Counted from the stretch's first letter, positions 10,225 through 20,304 are shown. The stretch: 64,000 bases of DNA from Acidimicrobiia bacterium (GCA_041605955.1 JBFIXI010000010.1:12653-76652), one strand, 5' to 3'. Translations and numbers: made by a program. Notes: generated by a model not told the origin, from the letters alone.

Positions 10225-10679
10225 AACTGAGCGTGGCACTCGGGTCGACCGAGCTGTTTGCCCACTTGACCCCCGAAGAGATCGAGTTTCTGGAGTCGAT
10301 CGCAGTTGAGAGAGACTTTGCCGAAGGGGCGGTGCTCTTCGAGGAGGACACCGAGGCAAAGGACTTCTACATAGTGGTCGACGGCCGAGTCGGCCTCGAG
10401 CTGGTCAGCCCGCGCCGGCGTCCGATCGTGATTCAGACACTGGGTAGGGGCGATCTCGTGGGGCTCAGCTGGGTGTTCCCGCCTTATGTGTGGAGCTGGC
10501 GCGCCCGCGCCATCGATCCCACCCGAGCAATCGCCTTCGATGCCACCCAAGTCAGGGAGCGATGCGGCATCGACCAGAATCTGTCGGAGCAGATGCTACG
10601 GCTCGTCGCCCGGGAAGCGATCCGGCGGCTGCACGGCGCCCGCGCCCAGCTGCTCGACCTATACGAGTTTCCCCGGTGA
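10221..10679 (+). CDS. stand-alone cyclic-nucleotide-binding (CAP-effector-like) domain protein, no DNA-binding domain
   Basis: 152 aa; beta-roll motifs ([32 protein letters not shown]); ATGA overlap with the beta subunit stop and GTGA overlap with the gamma subunit start. Confidence 0.65.
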   Translation: MKLSVALGSTELFAHLTPEEIEFLESIAVERDFAEGAVLFEEDTEAKDFYIVVDGRVGLELVSPRRRPIVIQTLGRGDLVGLSWVFPPYVWSWRARAIDPTRAIAFDATQVRERCGIDQNLSEQMLRLVAREAIRRLHGARAQLLDLYEFPR

Positions 10680-11524
10680 CGGTCAAGGCACCAGCCTTGG
10701 AGCTGGCAGCCGAGGAGATGCGTCCACTGCCGTTTCGAGTCGCCTCGAACCGCAGGGAAACGGCCGACACGGTCACCGTTGAGCTCGAGCCCGTCGACAA
10801 TCCCGGTGTGACCTGCGCTCCCGGCCAGTTCACGATGGTCTATGCGTATGGCGTCGGCGAGATACCGATCTCGGTTGCCGGCTACGCAGACGACACCATC
10901 GTCCACACCGTTCGCGCCGTCGGAGCGGTAACCACTGCGATCTCTCACCTCGACGTGGGAGATCACGTCGGAGTCCGCGGCCCCTACGGGGTCGGCTGGC
11001 CCATGGCGGAGGCCGCAGGCAAGGATGTCGTGGTCGCCGCCGGCGGAATCGGCCTGGCACCGTTGCGGCCCGTCGTGATGCACCTCCTGGATAACCGCGA
11101 TCGCTACGGCGCGGTTTCGCTCATCTATGGAGCCCGGACGCCTGATGACATGCTCTACATCGACGAGCTCCAGCAGTGGCGGGGGCGCTTTGACATCGAA
11201 GTCGAAGTCACGGTCGACCGGGCTGGTGACGACTGGCACGGCGACGTCGGCCTCGTTACGAACATGCTTCCTCGAATCACCTACGACCCGACCAACTCCA
11301 TCTCCATGGTCTGCGGCCCCGAGATCATGATGAAGGTCGTCGCTCGCGAGCTCGGAGCGCGGGGGCTGGGGCCCGACAACGTCTACCTCAGCATGGAGCG
11401 CAACATGAAGTGCGCCATCGGCTTCTGCGGCCACTGTCAGTACGGACCCGACTTCGTCTGCCGCGATGGGCCCATCTTCTCCTACGACTACGTCGCCGCC
11501 CGTATGAGAGTGACCGAGCTGTGA
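10676..11524 (+). CDS. [NiFe] hydrogenase gamma subunit (FAD/NAD(P)-binding, AsrB/HydG-like oxidoreductase)
   Basis: Ferredoxin-reductase-type fold (GQFTMVY; [16 protein letters not shown]) plus C-terminal CxxC cluster ([10 protein letters not shown]). Confidence 0.8.
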   Translation: MTVKAPALELAAEEMRPLPFRVASNRRETADTVTVELEPVDNPGVTCAPGQFTMVYAYGVGEIPISVAGYADDTIVHTVRAVGAVTTAISHLDVGDHVGVRGPYGVGWPMAEAAGKDVVVAAGGIGLAPLRPVVMHLLDNRDRYGAVSLIYGARTPDDMLYIDELQQWRGRFDIEVEVTVDRAGDDWHGDVGLVTNMLPRITYDPTNSISMVCGPEIMMKVVARELGARGLGPDNVYLSMERNMKCAIGFCGHCQYGPDFVCRDGPIFSYDYVAARMRVTEL

Positions 11525-12294
11525 CCGCCCGACCCAAGCTCGCGGTGTGGAAGTTCGCTTCCTGCGACGGCTGCCAGCTGACCCTGCTCGACTGCGAGGA
11601 CGAGCTGCTCGCCATAGCCGGCGTCATCGAGATCGCTTATTTCCCAGAGGCCACTCGCGGTGAAGTGGCGGGTCCCTACGACCTCTCCTTGGTGGAAGGC
11701 TCGATCACTACGCCGCACGACGCCACCCGCATCCAAGAGGTGCGCCGCATCTCGAAGACCGTCGTCACGATTGGTGCCTGTGCCACCGCCGGAGGCATCC
11801 AAGCGCTGCGCAACTGGGACGACGTCGACGCCTTCCTCAGCATCGTCTACGCCCATCCCGAGTACATCGAGACGCTGGAGACATCCACGCCGATCTCCGA
11901 CCACATCGCGGTGGACTTCGAGCTACGCGGCTGCCCGATATCAAAGGCACAGTTGATCGAAGTCATCGAGGCCTTTCTCCACGGCCGCAAGCCCAACGTG
12001 CCGGGTCACAGCGTGTGCGTCGAATGCAAGCTGCGGGGCACGGCATGTGTGATGGTCGCCCATGGTGTCCCCTGCCTGGGGCCGGTGACCCAGGCCGGAT
12101 GTGGCGCCATCTGTCCGGCCTACAACCGCGGCTGCTACGGCTGCTTCGGGCCGGCAGAATCGCCGAACATGGGGGCAATGGGAGACTGGTGGAAGAGTCT
12201 CGGGGTAAGCGACGCCGACTTGGCCAGAGCGCTGCGGACCTTCAACGGATACGCACCTGAATTCAGGGAGGCCAGCGAGGCTTATGAGCAGTGA
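11521..12294 (+). CDS. [NiFe] hydrogenase small (delta) subunit
   Basis: N-terminal CDGCQ and GACATAGG motifs of NuoB/hydrogenase small subunits and distal Cys clusters; GTGA-coupled to the gamma subunit. Confidence 0.85.
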   Translation: MTARPKLAVWKFASCDGCQLTLLDCEDELLAIAGVIEIAYFPEATRGEVAGPYDLSLVEGSITTPHDATRIQEVRRISKTVVTIGACATAGGIQALRNWDDVDAFLSIVYAHPEYIETLETSTPISDHIAVDFELRGCPISKAQLIEVIEAFLHGRKPNVPGHSVCVECKLRGTACVMVAHGVPCLGPVTQAGCGAICPAYNRGCYGCFGPAESPNMGAMGDWWKSLGVSDADLARALRTFNGYAPEFREASEAYEQ

Positions 12295-13576
12295 ACGAGA
12301 GATCGCCGTCGACTACCTGGCCCGGGTCGAAGGCGAGGGCGCCATGTATCTCCGGCTCAAGGACGACGAGGTACTGGATCTGCAGTTCAAGATCTTCGAG
12401 CCCCCTAGGTTCTTCGAAGCCTTTCTGCGTGGACGCCGCTTCCAGGAAGCGCCCGACATCACCGCCCGCATCTGTGGCATCTGCCCCGTCGCCTACCAGA
12501 CGAGCGCCTGCAACGCATTGGAGGACGCTGCGGGAGTGCAGGTGGGCGGCCAGCTGCTAGCGCTGCGCCGCATGCTCTACTGCGGCGAGTGGATCGAGAG
12601 CCACGGTCTGCACGTCTTCCTCCTCCACGCTCCCGACTTCCTCGGCTACGAGAGCGGCATCGCCATGGCCGCGGACCACTTGGAGCGCGTCGAGGCTGGA
12701 CTGCGGCTGAAGAAGACCGGCAACCACTTGATGACGGTGCTGGGCGGCCGCGAGATTCACCCAATCAACGTGCGGGTAGGCGGCTTCCATCGGGTGCCGA
12801 GCAAAGCCGAGCTGATGGAGCTCCGGTCCGACGTGGAATGGGCACTCGAGACTGCCATCGACACCGTGGACTGGGTATCGGGCTTTCCGTTTCCCGAATT
12901 CGAGCGCGACTACGAGTTCGTTGCCCTGCAGCATCCCGACAGGTACGCCATCGAGGACGGGCGTGTCGTGTCCAGCCGCGGGTTGGACATCGGCGTCACG
13001 GAGTGGAACAACCACTTCGAGGAGAGCCATGTGCCCTGGTCGAACGCGCTCCATGCCACGATCAAGGAGCGAGGCTCCTATCACGTGGGGCCGATGGCGC
13101 GCTACAGCCTCAACTTCGAGCAGCTCACGCCGGCGGCTCAGGCGGCGGCGGTCGGCGCCGGATTGGGCCCTACGTGCACAAACCCTTTCCAGAGCATCGT
13201 CGTGCGAGCGGTCGAGATGGTCTTTGCCTGCGAGGAGGTGCTGCGGTTGATCGACGCCTACACCCCTCCCCCGCAGCCGGCGCTGGAGGTCCCCGCCAAT
13301 GGGGCGACGGGGCACGGGGCCTCGGAAGCGCCCCGCGGAATCCTCTACCACCGCTATCAAGTCGACGAAGCCGGGCTGATCGCCGACGCGCAAATCGTCC
13401 CTCCCACGTCACAGAACCAGCTCAGCATCGAGGACGATCTGCGTAGCTTCGTTCCGCAGTACTCCCAGCTCGACGACGAGCAATTGCAGTGGCAACTGGA
13501 GCAGGCGATCCGCAACTATGACCCCTGCATATCTTGCGCGACGCACTTCCTGGATCTCACGGTCGAACGGGAATGA
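12284..13576 (+). CDS. [NiFe] hydrogenase large (alpha) subunit, group 3b type
   Basis: N-terminal [10 protein letters not shown] and C-terminal DPCISCATH Ni-Fe ligand motifs; 430 aa. Confidence 0.9.
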   Translation: MSSEREIAVDYLARVEGEGAMYLRLKDDEVLDLQFKIFEPPRFFEAFLRGRRFQEAPDITARICGICPVAYQTSACNALEDAAGVQVGGQLLALRRMLYCGEWIESHGLHVFLLHAPDFLGYESGIAMAADHLERVEAGLRLKKTGNHLMTVLGGREIHPINVRVGGFHRVPSKAELMELRSDVEWALETAIDTVDWVSGFPFPEFERDYEFVALQHPDRYAIEDGRVVSSRGLDIGVTEWNNHFEESHVPWSNALHATIKERGSYHVGPMARYSLNFEQLTPAAQAAAVGAGLGPTCTNPFQSIVVRAVEMVFACEEVLRLIDAYTPPPQPALEVPANGATGHGASEAPRGILYHRYQVDEAGLIADAQIVPPTSQNQLSIEDDLRSFVPQYSQLDDEQLQWQLEQAIRNYDPCISCATHFLDLTVERE

Positions 13577-13995
13577 AACGAATGGTCATCGGCGTCGGCA
13601 ATCCTCTTCGCGGCGACGACGCTGCCGGACTCGAGGTGGCCAGTCGGCTGCAGCGAGTCACGGCCCATCAGTCCCCCCACGGTGGATTCGAGCTGATGGA
13701 CCTCTGGCTGGGCGCCGATGAGGTGGTCATCGTGGATGCAGTGCGCGCCGCAGCTCCACCGGGGACGGTCCTCCGGTTCGACCCGATTGCCGAACCTCTG
13801 CCGCAAACGATGTTCGCTTCCACCCATGATCTCGGCCTGGCCGAGACCATCGAGCTGGCTCGGCACCTCGGCCGACTGCCCGCGCGGATGGTCGTCTACG
13901 GAATCGCTGCGGAGTCGTTTGCCACCGGCACCGGCATCTCCGCCGAGGTCGCGGCGGCGATAGACCAGGTGGTCACGGAAATCGACCATGCATGA
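13573..13995 (+). CDS. hydrogenase maturation endopeptidase (HycI/HoxW family)
   Basis: MVIGVGNPLRGDDAAG N-terminus typical of hydrogenase C-terminal processing proteases; ATGA overlap with the large subunit. Confidence 0.8.
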   Translation: MKRMVIGVGNPLRGDDAAGLEVASRLQRVTAHQSPHGGFELMDLWLGADEVVIVDAVRAAAPPGTVLRFDPIAEPLPQTMFASTHDLGLAETIELARHLGRLPARMVVYGIAAESFATGTGISAEVAAAIDQVVTEIDHA

Positions 13996-14245
13996 GAGCG
14001 GGCTCGTCGCCGACCTCGTCGCTCACGCAGAGGCGATGGCGACCGACCCCAGCCTCATCACTGCGTTGCGGTTTCGGATCGGTGCAATGGCTGCGGTGAC
14101 GCCGGAGGGATTGCGCCATGGCGCCGCCGAGCTGGCCGCCGCCCGCTGGGGGCATCGGCCGACCATTGAGATCGAGCAGTCCAGCGACGTCCACGACGCA
14201 GGCGCCCTGACCGTGACCCTGACTGCGATGAGGGTTGAGGGGTAA
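13988..14245 (+). CDS. hypA: HypA-like nickel metallochaperone N-terminal domain lacking the zinc finger
   Basis: Starts MHESGLVADLV (the MHE Ni-binding N-terminus of HypA/HybF), but is only 85 aa and contains no Cys residues; overlaps the protease stop. Confidence 0.45.
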   Translation: MHESGLVADLVAHAEAMATDPSLITALRFRIGAMAAVTPEGLRHGAAELAAARWGHRPTIEIEQSSDVHDAGALTVTLTAMRVEG

Positions 14246-14248
14246 CGG

Positions 14249-14473
14249 ATGTGCGTTGCAGTCCCGGGTCGCGTCGAGTGGATCGGTCCGGCGACGGCGG
14301 AGTCGATTCCGGCCCGGATCAACATCGGCGATCGTATGCTGGACGTCGACCTGATCACGCTTCCCCAAGCGCGGATCGGTGATTTCGTTGTCGCCCACTC
14401 CGGCTACGCGGTTCGCCTCGTGTCTGCGACCGAGGCCGCGGCGACACGGCAGCTCCTGGACGGCAGCGACTGA
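14249..14473 (+). CDS. hypC: hydrogenase assembly chaperone HypC/HupF
   Basis: Canonical MC(V)A(V)PG N-terminus (MCVAVPGRV), 74 aa. Confidence 0.8.
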   Translation: MCVAVPGRVEWIGPATAESIPARINIGDRMLDVDLITLPQARIGDFVVAHSGYAVRLVSATEAAATRQLLDGSD

Positions 14474-14487
14474 TCGGAGAAGTCCCT

Positions 14488-14868
14488 ATGCAGCTGGGCC
14501 GGCACCTTCACCTTGCCGGACTCGTGGTGGGCGGAGCGGCTTCTGCGATGTGGGTGTTCGTGCTGACCGCCTCCGCCGTCTCGGAGGGCGCTGCGGCATT
14601 CGGCTTCGAGGAGGCGGTGCTGGCGGTCTTGATAGTCGTCGCCACCACGGGTGTGGCCTTCGCGCTGGCCGACGACATCTTGGGTGGATTCGTTTGCGTA
14701 CTGGGCGGCGTTGCGCTGGCCGGATTCGCCACGGTCAGCGCGGGCCGTAATGAGGGAATGTCCATTGCAGTATCTGCCGGCCCGTTCCTACTGGCCGGCG
14801 TGCTGTTCATCGGTGCTCACATCGCCACACAGCGAGCCCGTAGTCGCGAGCCCGGTTCGTCTCACTGA
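14488..14868 (+). CDS. hypothetical membrane protein
   Basis: Three hydrophobic helices; follows the hyp genes. Confidence 0.4.
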   Translation: MQLGRHLHLAGLVVGGAASAMWVFVLTASAVSEGAAAFGFEEAVLAVLIVVATTGVAFALADDILGGFVCVLGGVALAGFATVSAGRNEGMSIAVSAGPFLLAGVLFIGAHIATQRARSREPGSSH

Positions 14869-15333
14869 TCGTCGAAGCGGTTGATGGTCAGCGGATTCTG
14901 CGCTTCCATCGTGTCACGCGCCCTCTCGATCTCGGATTCGTCTCCGCTGTGCACGCCGACCACGAAGTTGCCCTCTTTCACGGCGGCGAATGTGTCCTGC
15001 CAGGCCTGGGAGTAGCCAGAAGTGGCGGTCGCCGCGACCGCAGCGCCGGCGGATGCGCCCAAGAGGGCCCACAAGCCCCCGGCGACCACCGGCCCCAGCC
15101 CGGGGATCGAGACGCTGATACCGGCGGCGGCCACCAGCCCAGCGCCCGGCCGCACCAGACGTTGCGGCCCGTCCGACCCGCCCTGCCAATGACTCGTCGG
15201 CCGCCGGCGCGATCTCATCCGGCTCATCTGTGGGGTAGGCACCTAGGAGGGAGATGTGTGACCACTCGATTCCAGCCCGTTTCAGCTTTTCGATCATCTG
15301 GCGCGCTTCAGCCAGGCCGCCTACTGCGGCCAC
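14862..15333 (-). pseudogene. DUF1269/YflT-like general stress protein gene split by a frameshift
   Basis: The N-terminal domain (MAAVGGLAEARQMIEKLKRAGIEWSHISLLG) is in the frame of ORF 14914..15333; the Gly-rich membrane segment and C-terminal NFVVGVHSGDESEIERARD are in the frame of ORF 14862..15242; the frames meet near 15180. Confidence 0.4.
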
Positions 15334-15468
15334 TACCCGGTCGCCGCGTCGCCAAAACCGGTCGTCGGGCCTCGTCGGGCATCAACGGCGTACTCATCGG
15401 CTCCGCCGGGCCGCAGGTTTCGTCACTCCTCGGGATGGGTAGAGCCTTCTCCAAAGGAAGGAACCGGA

Positions 15469-15678
15469 ATGTATTGCAGCAACCCCTCCTGCTCTTGCGA
15501 TGTGACCGCTGCCGGTGAGACGTGCTCGCCTGCCTGCGCAGCGGCGACAGTTACCGGGTGCACTTGCGGCCATGAGCTGTGCAGCCGCACCGTCGACGGC
15601 GACGCGCTCGACCCTCATACCGTCGGCGAGAGCATGACGGCTCCGGGGGCCACGGTCGAGTACGACGGACGCCCCTGA
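15469..15678 (+). CDS. small Cys-rich protein, SmtA/BmtA-like bacterial metallothionein candidate
   Basis: 69 aa with 8 Cys plus a His in the pattern CxxxxCxC...CSPAC...GCTCGHELC, resembling SmtA CxCxxCxC...CSEAC..GCGHxxC; strong RBS AAAGGAAGGAA 4 nt upstream of the ATG. Confidence 0.5.
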   Translation: MYCSNPSCSCDVTAAGETCSPACAAATVTGCTCGHELCSRTVDGDALDPHTVGESMTAPGATVEYDGRP

Positions 15679-15840
15679 ACCCCGAGTCCGACGGGCGCAG
15701 CTGAACCCCGGGTCGGACGGGCGCCCCTGAGCCCCACTGATCGACGCCCCACTGATCGACGCCCCACTGATCGACGACCCCACTGATCGACGAGCCCATT
15801 GATCGACGGCTGATCGCGGAGCCGATCCGGAGCCGACGAG
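15670..15840. repeat. complex intergenic tandem repeat block
   Basis: Two 24-mers CTGAACCCCG(A/G)GTCGGACGGGCGC, then about 5 copies of the 15-mer GCCCCACTGATCGAC, then degenerate copies. Confidence 0.85.
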
Positions 15841-15882
15841 GCCGTCGCGGCGGGGAAAACCTGTCCGGTACACTCGGGGCCC

Positions 15883-17556
15883 GTGTCAATCGCCAGGACT
15901 TCCAGACGCCGCGGTAGGGTCGCAGCAGTTGCTCTGCTGACCAGTTTGTTGACCGCCACATTGTCTGGAACCGCTTCGGGCCATCCGGACGACGATCCCG
16001 GGGCGACGGGAAAGCGCGTCCCAGTGCCCGAATCCGAGGCGGAGCGCCATTTCGCCCTCATCTCCGCAATGGAGCGACAGGGAATGCAGGCGCAGCTCCC
16101 GGCGGTCGGGCTGACTCTTTGCACCAACGGAACGGCCGCCGGCTACGCATGCGACGGTGTGGACCTGGCGGCCTCCCTGCCGCTCTCACAGCTCGGAGGT
16201 GGCGAGGGAAACGACATTTGGGGTTGGACTGATCCGGCCACGCTGCGCGAATTCGCTGTCATGGGGCGCACCGGAGGCGTCACGTTCGTCGAGATCACCA
16301 ACCCGATCAACCCCGAGGTGGTCGGCACTCTCCCCACCCACTCGGTGTCGTCGGTATGGCGCGATCTCAAGGTGTACGACTCGTACGCATTCATCGTGTC
16401 CGAGGCTCCCAACAGCGGCCTTCAGGTTTTCGACTTGCGTCAGCTGGTCTCACAGCGGCAGCGGCCTCACGTCTTCACCGAGACCGCTTGGTTGGGTGCG
16501 TTCTCCACGTCTCACAACATCGCCATCAACGAAGCCAGCGGCTACGCCTACGTCGTCGGAACCAACACCTGCAGCGGTGGCCTGCACATGGTCGATCTAC
16601 GCAACCCTGAATCTCCCCGGAGCGCCGGCTGCTACGGCGGTGACGGTTACACGCACGATTTGCAATGTGTCGACTACTCAGGGCCCGACGCGATCTATCA
16701 GGGTCGTGAGATCTGTTTTGCTGCCAACGAGGACACGTTGACCATCGTCGACGTCACCGACAAGGCAAGCCCGGCTCTGGTTTCACGAACCGGATACGTT
16801 GGCAGCGGTTACGCCCACCAGGGATGGCTCACCGACGACCATGCCTATTTCTTGCTCGGTGACGAGCTCGACGAACTGAACAACGGCGGCGCGACCAAGA
16901 CCTATGTTTGGAACGTCTCGAGCCTCGCCCGACCTACGGTCGAATTCGTCAACCGCGGCACCACCGGCGCCATTGACCACAACCAGTACGTGCGGGACGG
17001 TCGTACATATCAGTCCAACTACAAGGCTGGACTGCGCGTTCTGACCGCGGACAGCCTGGCTGCAAACTCTATGGATGAAGTGGCATTCTTCGACACCCAC
17101 CCGGAGAGCAATGGCGCTCAGTTCGACGGCACCTGGAGCAATTATCCGTACTACCGGGCCAACGTGGTCGCCGTCTCGACGATCGACCGGGGCCTGTTCA
17201 TCCTCGGCTACGAGGGCGAGGCGGGATCGCTCCATGTCGCAGACATCGACCACAAGACAGCCGTGCGCCCGGCGGGCAGGTGGCGGGCCATCAGCCAGGT
17301 GGAGGTGCACGACCGCACGGGCAGCCCGGTTGAGGACGTCGCCGTCACGGTGCGATGGTCGAACGGCCGCGTCAAGACCTGTGTCACCGGGCCCGGGGGG
17401 CGCTGCCGCACCCGCCTGCTCCGGTTCCCCAGACATGCCAAGGTCGCATTCCGGATAATCGATCTCGAGCTCGGCTCCATGTCCTACGCCTCGTGGCTGA
17501 ACGAAGACGCCGACGGCGACAGCGACGGTTTCCGCGATACGGTGCGCCGTCCCTGA
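15883..17556 (+). CDS. secreted choice-of-anchor-B / LVIVD-repeat beta-propeller protein
   Basis: Signal peptide (RRRGRVAAVALLTSLLTATLSGTASG); repeated hydrophobic-strand/Asp motifs typical of the family; 557 aa. Confidence 0.55.
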   Translation: MSIARTSRRRGRVAAVALLTSLLTATLSGTASGHPDDDPGATGKRVPVPESEAERHFALISAMERQGMQAQLPAVGLTLCTNGTAAGYACDGVDLAASLPLSQLGGGEGNDIWGWTDPATLREFAVMGRTGGVTFVEITNPINPEVVGTLPTHSVSSVWRDLKVYDSYAFIVSEAPNSGLQVFDLRQLVSQRQRPHVFTETAWLGAFSTSHNIAINEASGYAYVVGTNTCSGGLHMVDLRNPESPRSAGCYGGDGYTHDLQCVDYSGPDAIYQGREICFAANEDTLTIVDVTDKASPALVSRTGYVGSGYAHQGWLTDDHAYFLLGDELDELNNGGATKTYVWNVSSLARPTVEFVNRGTTGAIDHNQYVRDGRTYQSNYKAGLRVLTADSLAANSMDEVAFFDTHPESNGAQFDGTWSNYPYYRANVVAVSTIDRGLFILGYEGEAGSLHVADIDHKTAVRPAGRWRAISQVEVHDRTGSPVEDVAVTVRWSNGRVKTCVTGPGGRCRTRLLRFPRHAKVAFRIIDLELGSMSYASWLNEDADGDSDGFRDTVRRP

Positions 17557-17573
17557 ACCTGTCGCCAGGCGGG

Positions 17574-19025
17574 CTAAGAAGCTGTCCGGTCGAACTTCAG
17601 GTAGGTGACGACCCCTGCGGTCTCCTCGGGCGAAGGCTCCGCAGTCATCGCCGGCGACGAGGGCAGCGTGAGGCGGAAGCGACTCCAACCACCGGCGTAG
17701 TCGTAGTGGAGATCGCCGTTCATGAGCTGCGCCAGCTGGCGAGACACCGCCAGGCCTACCCCCACCGAGGCCACGGCGCCCACCGAGGTGACGGTTTGGT
17801 GGCCTCGCTCGTATAGCTCGAAGATGGACTCCCGATGCTCGGGGGGCACTCCCAATCCGTTGTCGAGCACGGTGATGTGGGTGACCGTCCCCACGTGCTC
17901 CGACTGCACTCGGATCGACTGGCCCCCGTAGCGCAGAGCGTTGGTGATGAGGTTGCGGATGATCTGTTTGAGTCGCAATGGATCGGCCCAGACCGACCCA
18001 TTGACGGCAACGGCCAGATCGCGGTGGGGTTGCTCGGTCGTGGCTACCTCAGCGACCCGCTCGATAATCGGCAGCAGGTCGGTCTGGCGGGGAGCGACGC
18101 TCACCATGCCAATCTCAGAGCGGGCCGCCACGAGAAGGTCTTCGACCATGTCGGAGAGTTCACCCGACTCGCGGGCGATGTAGCCGATCAACTCGTCCCG
18201 CAACGCTTCGTCCATAACGTCCTTCTGATCGAGCAGAGTCTCGGCACTGGCATACACCGTGGTCAACGGAGTCCGCAGCTCGTGGCTGACCGAGGCGAGG
18301 AACTCGTCCTTGCTGCGTATCAGCGCCGCCAAGCGGTCCTCGGCCTCCTTACGCTCCGTGATGTCCACGATGGCAACGGCCACGCGCGACAAGTCGCGCT
18401 TGCCGTCGACCCGCGGCGCCGACCAGTTGAGGATCCCGTACAGCGGCGACTCGTCCCAGCGCTTCCCGGCAAACTCGAACGAGGTACGCGATGCTCCGTC
18501 CCACACGGCCTGGAGTTCGGCCCGAAAAGAGTCGAGCACCGCCGGGTCGTCAACGTAGAACTCGCCGTCCATGCTCCCGACCAGGGCTTCCTTGTCCGGA
18601 GCTCGCATCAGGACCACCGCCGCTGCGTTGACATCGACGATGCGGATCATCGACACCAGCCTCTGCAACTCCGCCGGCCGCTCGTCGAGATAGCGCTGCA
18701 GATGAGTAACTCCCGAAGAACGGAGCCAGGACAGCCACGCTCCCACCTTGGAGAAGTCCTCTTCCCAGATGGCGATTGGTGACTCGTTGAACAGGTTGCG
18801 GTAGTGCGACTCCCGCAGATCACCCACGCGGCGGATCTCCTCGTTCAGGCTCTGCATCTCAGTCGACGAGATCCGCATCGACCGTTCCATCAGATAGCGA
18901 CTGCGATCGATCTCGTCGTAGTAGCTGCTCAGCCTCTCCAGAAGACGTCCCCAGGTGGCCGCGTCCGGCACCGCCCCGGCTTCGAGGCCGAGGCGACGCA
19001 GCTGCCTGGCGAGGACCTCATGCAT
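17574..19025 (-). CDS. cytoplasmic PAS-domain sensor histidine kinase
   Basis: PAS-like segment (NLFNESPIAIWEEDF), H-box SHELRTPLT, and N, G1, G2 ATPase motifs; no TM segment. Confidence 0.8.
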   Translation of the reverse strand: MHEVLARQLRRLGLEAGAVPDAATWGRLLERLSSYYDEIDRSRYLMERSMRISSTEMQSLNEEIRRVGDLRESHYRNLFNESPIAIWEEDFSKVGAWLSWLRSSGVTHLQRYLDERPAELQRLVSMIRIVDVNAAAVVLMRAPDKEALVGSMDGEFYVDDPAVLDSFRAELQAVWDGASRTSFEFAGKRWDESPLYGILNWSAPRVDGKRDLSRVAVAIVDITERKEAEDRLAALIRSKDEFLASVSHELRTPLTTVYASAETLLDQKDVMDEALRDELIGYIARESGELSDMVEDLLVAARSEIGMVSVAPRQTDLLPIIERVAEVATTEQPHRDLAVAVNGSVWADPLRLKQIIRNLITNALRYGGQSIRVQSEHVGTVTHITVLDNGLGVPPEHRESIFELYERGHQTVTSVGAVASVGVGLAVSRQLAQLMNGDLHYDYAGGWSRFRLTLPSSPAMTAEPSPEETAGVVTYLKFDRTAS

Positions 19026-19038
19026 CGTTACTACGCTC

Positions 19039-20205
19039 CTAGGCCACCATCTCGGTCAGAGTCGTGAGAGTCATCGTCTGATTGTGCAGGTCGCACGAAC
19101 CTGACGTGTAGGGAGATATCTCTCCGTACGAGTAGAAGCCCACTTGATGAGTGCCGGGCGGCAACGCTTCCAGCACGGCTTCCAATTCCTCCTCGGTGCG
19201 CTCGCCCAGCACTAGGCGCCGCCCTACACAGGACACTGCGATACACAGGGTATCGCCCACGCCGCCCAGGGCGCCATATGCCTCCGGGCCATGCCACCCG
19301 CCGGCGGCGGCGAACTCGGCGGCGGACTCGGCTCCGCCGATGATGCGCTCGAAGTTCGCCCGCATCAGCTGGGCGTGATGCCCCTCGGGGATGTCTCCGG
19401 CGAATGTGACGCTCTGGTCTTGTTCGTTGACCGCCAGAATCGTCCGCACCAGCTTGGTCTCGCCCGCCGGATCGCTGACCTCGAGCGGGAACAGCAAGCC
19501 GGTCGCCGGCAGCCCCGAAGCCAGGTCGCCGAGGTATTGCTTGTAGAGGGCCAAGGCCGGCCGCCCGTCGAGCTCGAACAGCACGCTGCCGGCCGAGCGA
19601 GTTACCACTCGCTCCGGGCCGAATATGTCCCACCCGCCTCGAGATCCGTGTCCAAACCGAAGCTGGGATCCGTAGAAACCCACAGCGGCGAGACCGTCCT
19701 GGGCCGGCTTGCCGTCGATCAGCACCCATGTGCGCTCGAAGCGATCGCCGTCGCCGGCAAGTCCGCCGGTGATTGGAACCTCCGCGCCGATGGAGTGGTT
19801 GAGGCCCGCAGCAAGCTCGCTGCCGTTGACGTCGAGGCCTGCGGAGAGCACCACGACCCCTACGAGATCGTCTCCGCCGAGCGCGGCGCCGACGGAGGAT
19901 CCCGCTTGCCGGGACGTGGCCGCCGAGATCGTGCCCGTACTGAGCCGCAGCTCGGTGGTTGCGAATCGGACGACGGCCACCGTGAGAGATTCATCCTCTA
20001 GCTGCCGACCATGGATCTCGCCCGACGTGGAACACCCTACAACGACGCTGGCCCGATAAACCTCAGCCAGCTCGCCCAGCGGCTCATGGTCGTCTAGGTA
20101 GGAGGATGCCCCGAACGCGACAACCAGCGTTCGCGGCGAGTCCCATTTGGGTAGCGTCGCCGACCAACCCCGGCCACGCGTATAAGAGAGCGTACGAACG
20201 TCCAC
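19039..20205 (-). CDS. FIST-domain signal-sensor protein (FIST_N plus FIST_C)
   Basis: 388 aa with architecture and conserved Gly-rich blocks of FIST sensors; located directly upstream of the histidine kinase on the same strand. Confidence 0.65.
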   Translation of the reverse strand: MDVRTLSYTRGRGWSATLPKWDSPRTLVVAFGASSYLDDHEPLGELAEVYRASVVVGCSTSGEIHGRQLEDESLTVAVVRFATTELRLSTGTISAATSRQAGSSVGAALGGDDLVGVVVLSAGLDVNGSELAAGLNHSIGAEVPITGGLAGDGDRFERTWVLIDGKPAQDGLAAVGFYGSQLRFGHGSRGGWDIFGPERVVTRSAGSVLFELDGRPALALYKQYLGDLASGLPATGLLFPLEVSDPAGETKLVRTILAVNEQDQSVTFAGDIPEGHHAQLMRANFERIIGGAESAAEFAAAGGWHGPEAYGALGGVGDTLCIAVSCVGRRLVLGERTEEELEAVLEALPPGTHQVGFYSYGEISPYTSGSCDLHNQTMTLTTLTEMVA

Positions 20206-20304
20206 ACCCCACTCCTCTCCGAATGGCGAACGCTAACACTTACCAATATCTGTCGGCAGCGCCGCCTTCGGAGTTGAACCTTTGACTGAAAGGGATATCC
20301 GGGA

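Noticed and set aside
15670-15840. Possible CRISPR array
   Set aside because: Repeats are 15-24 nt, directly abutting with no unique spacers, and no cas genes are nearby; it is a simple tandem repeat
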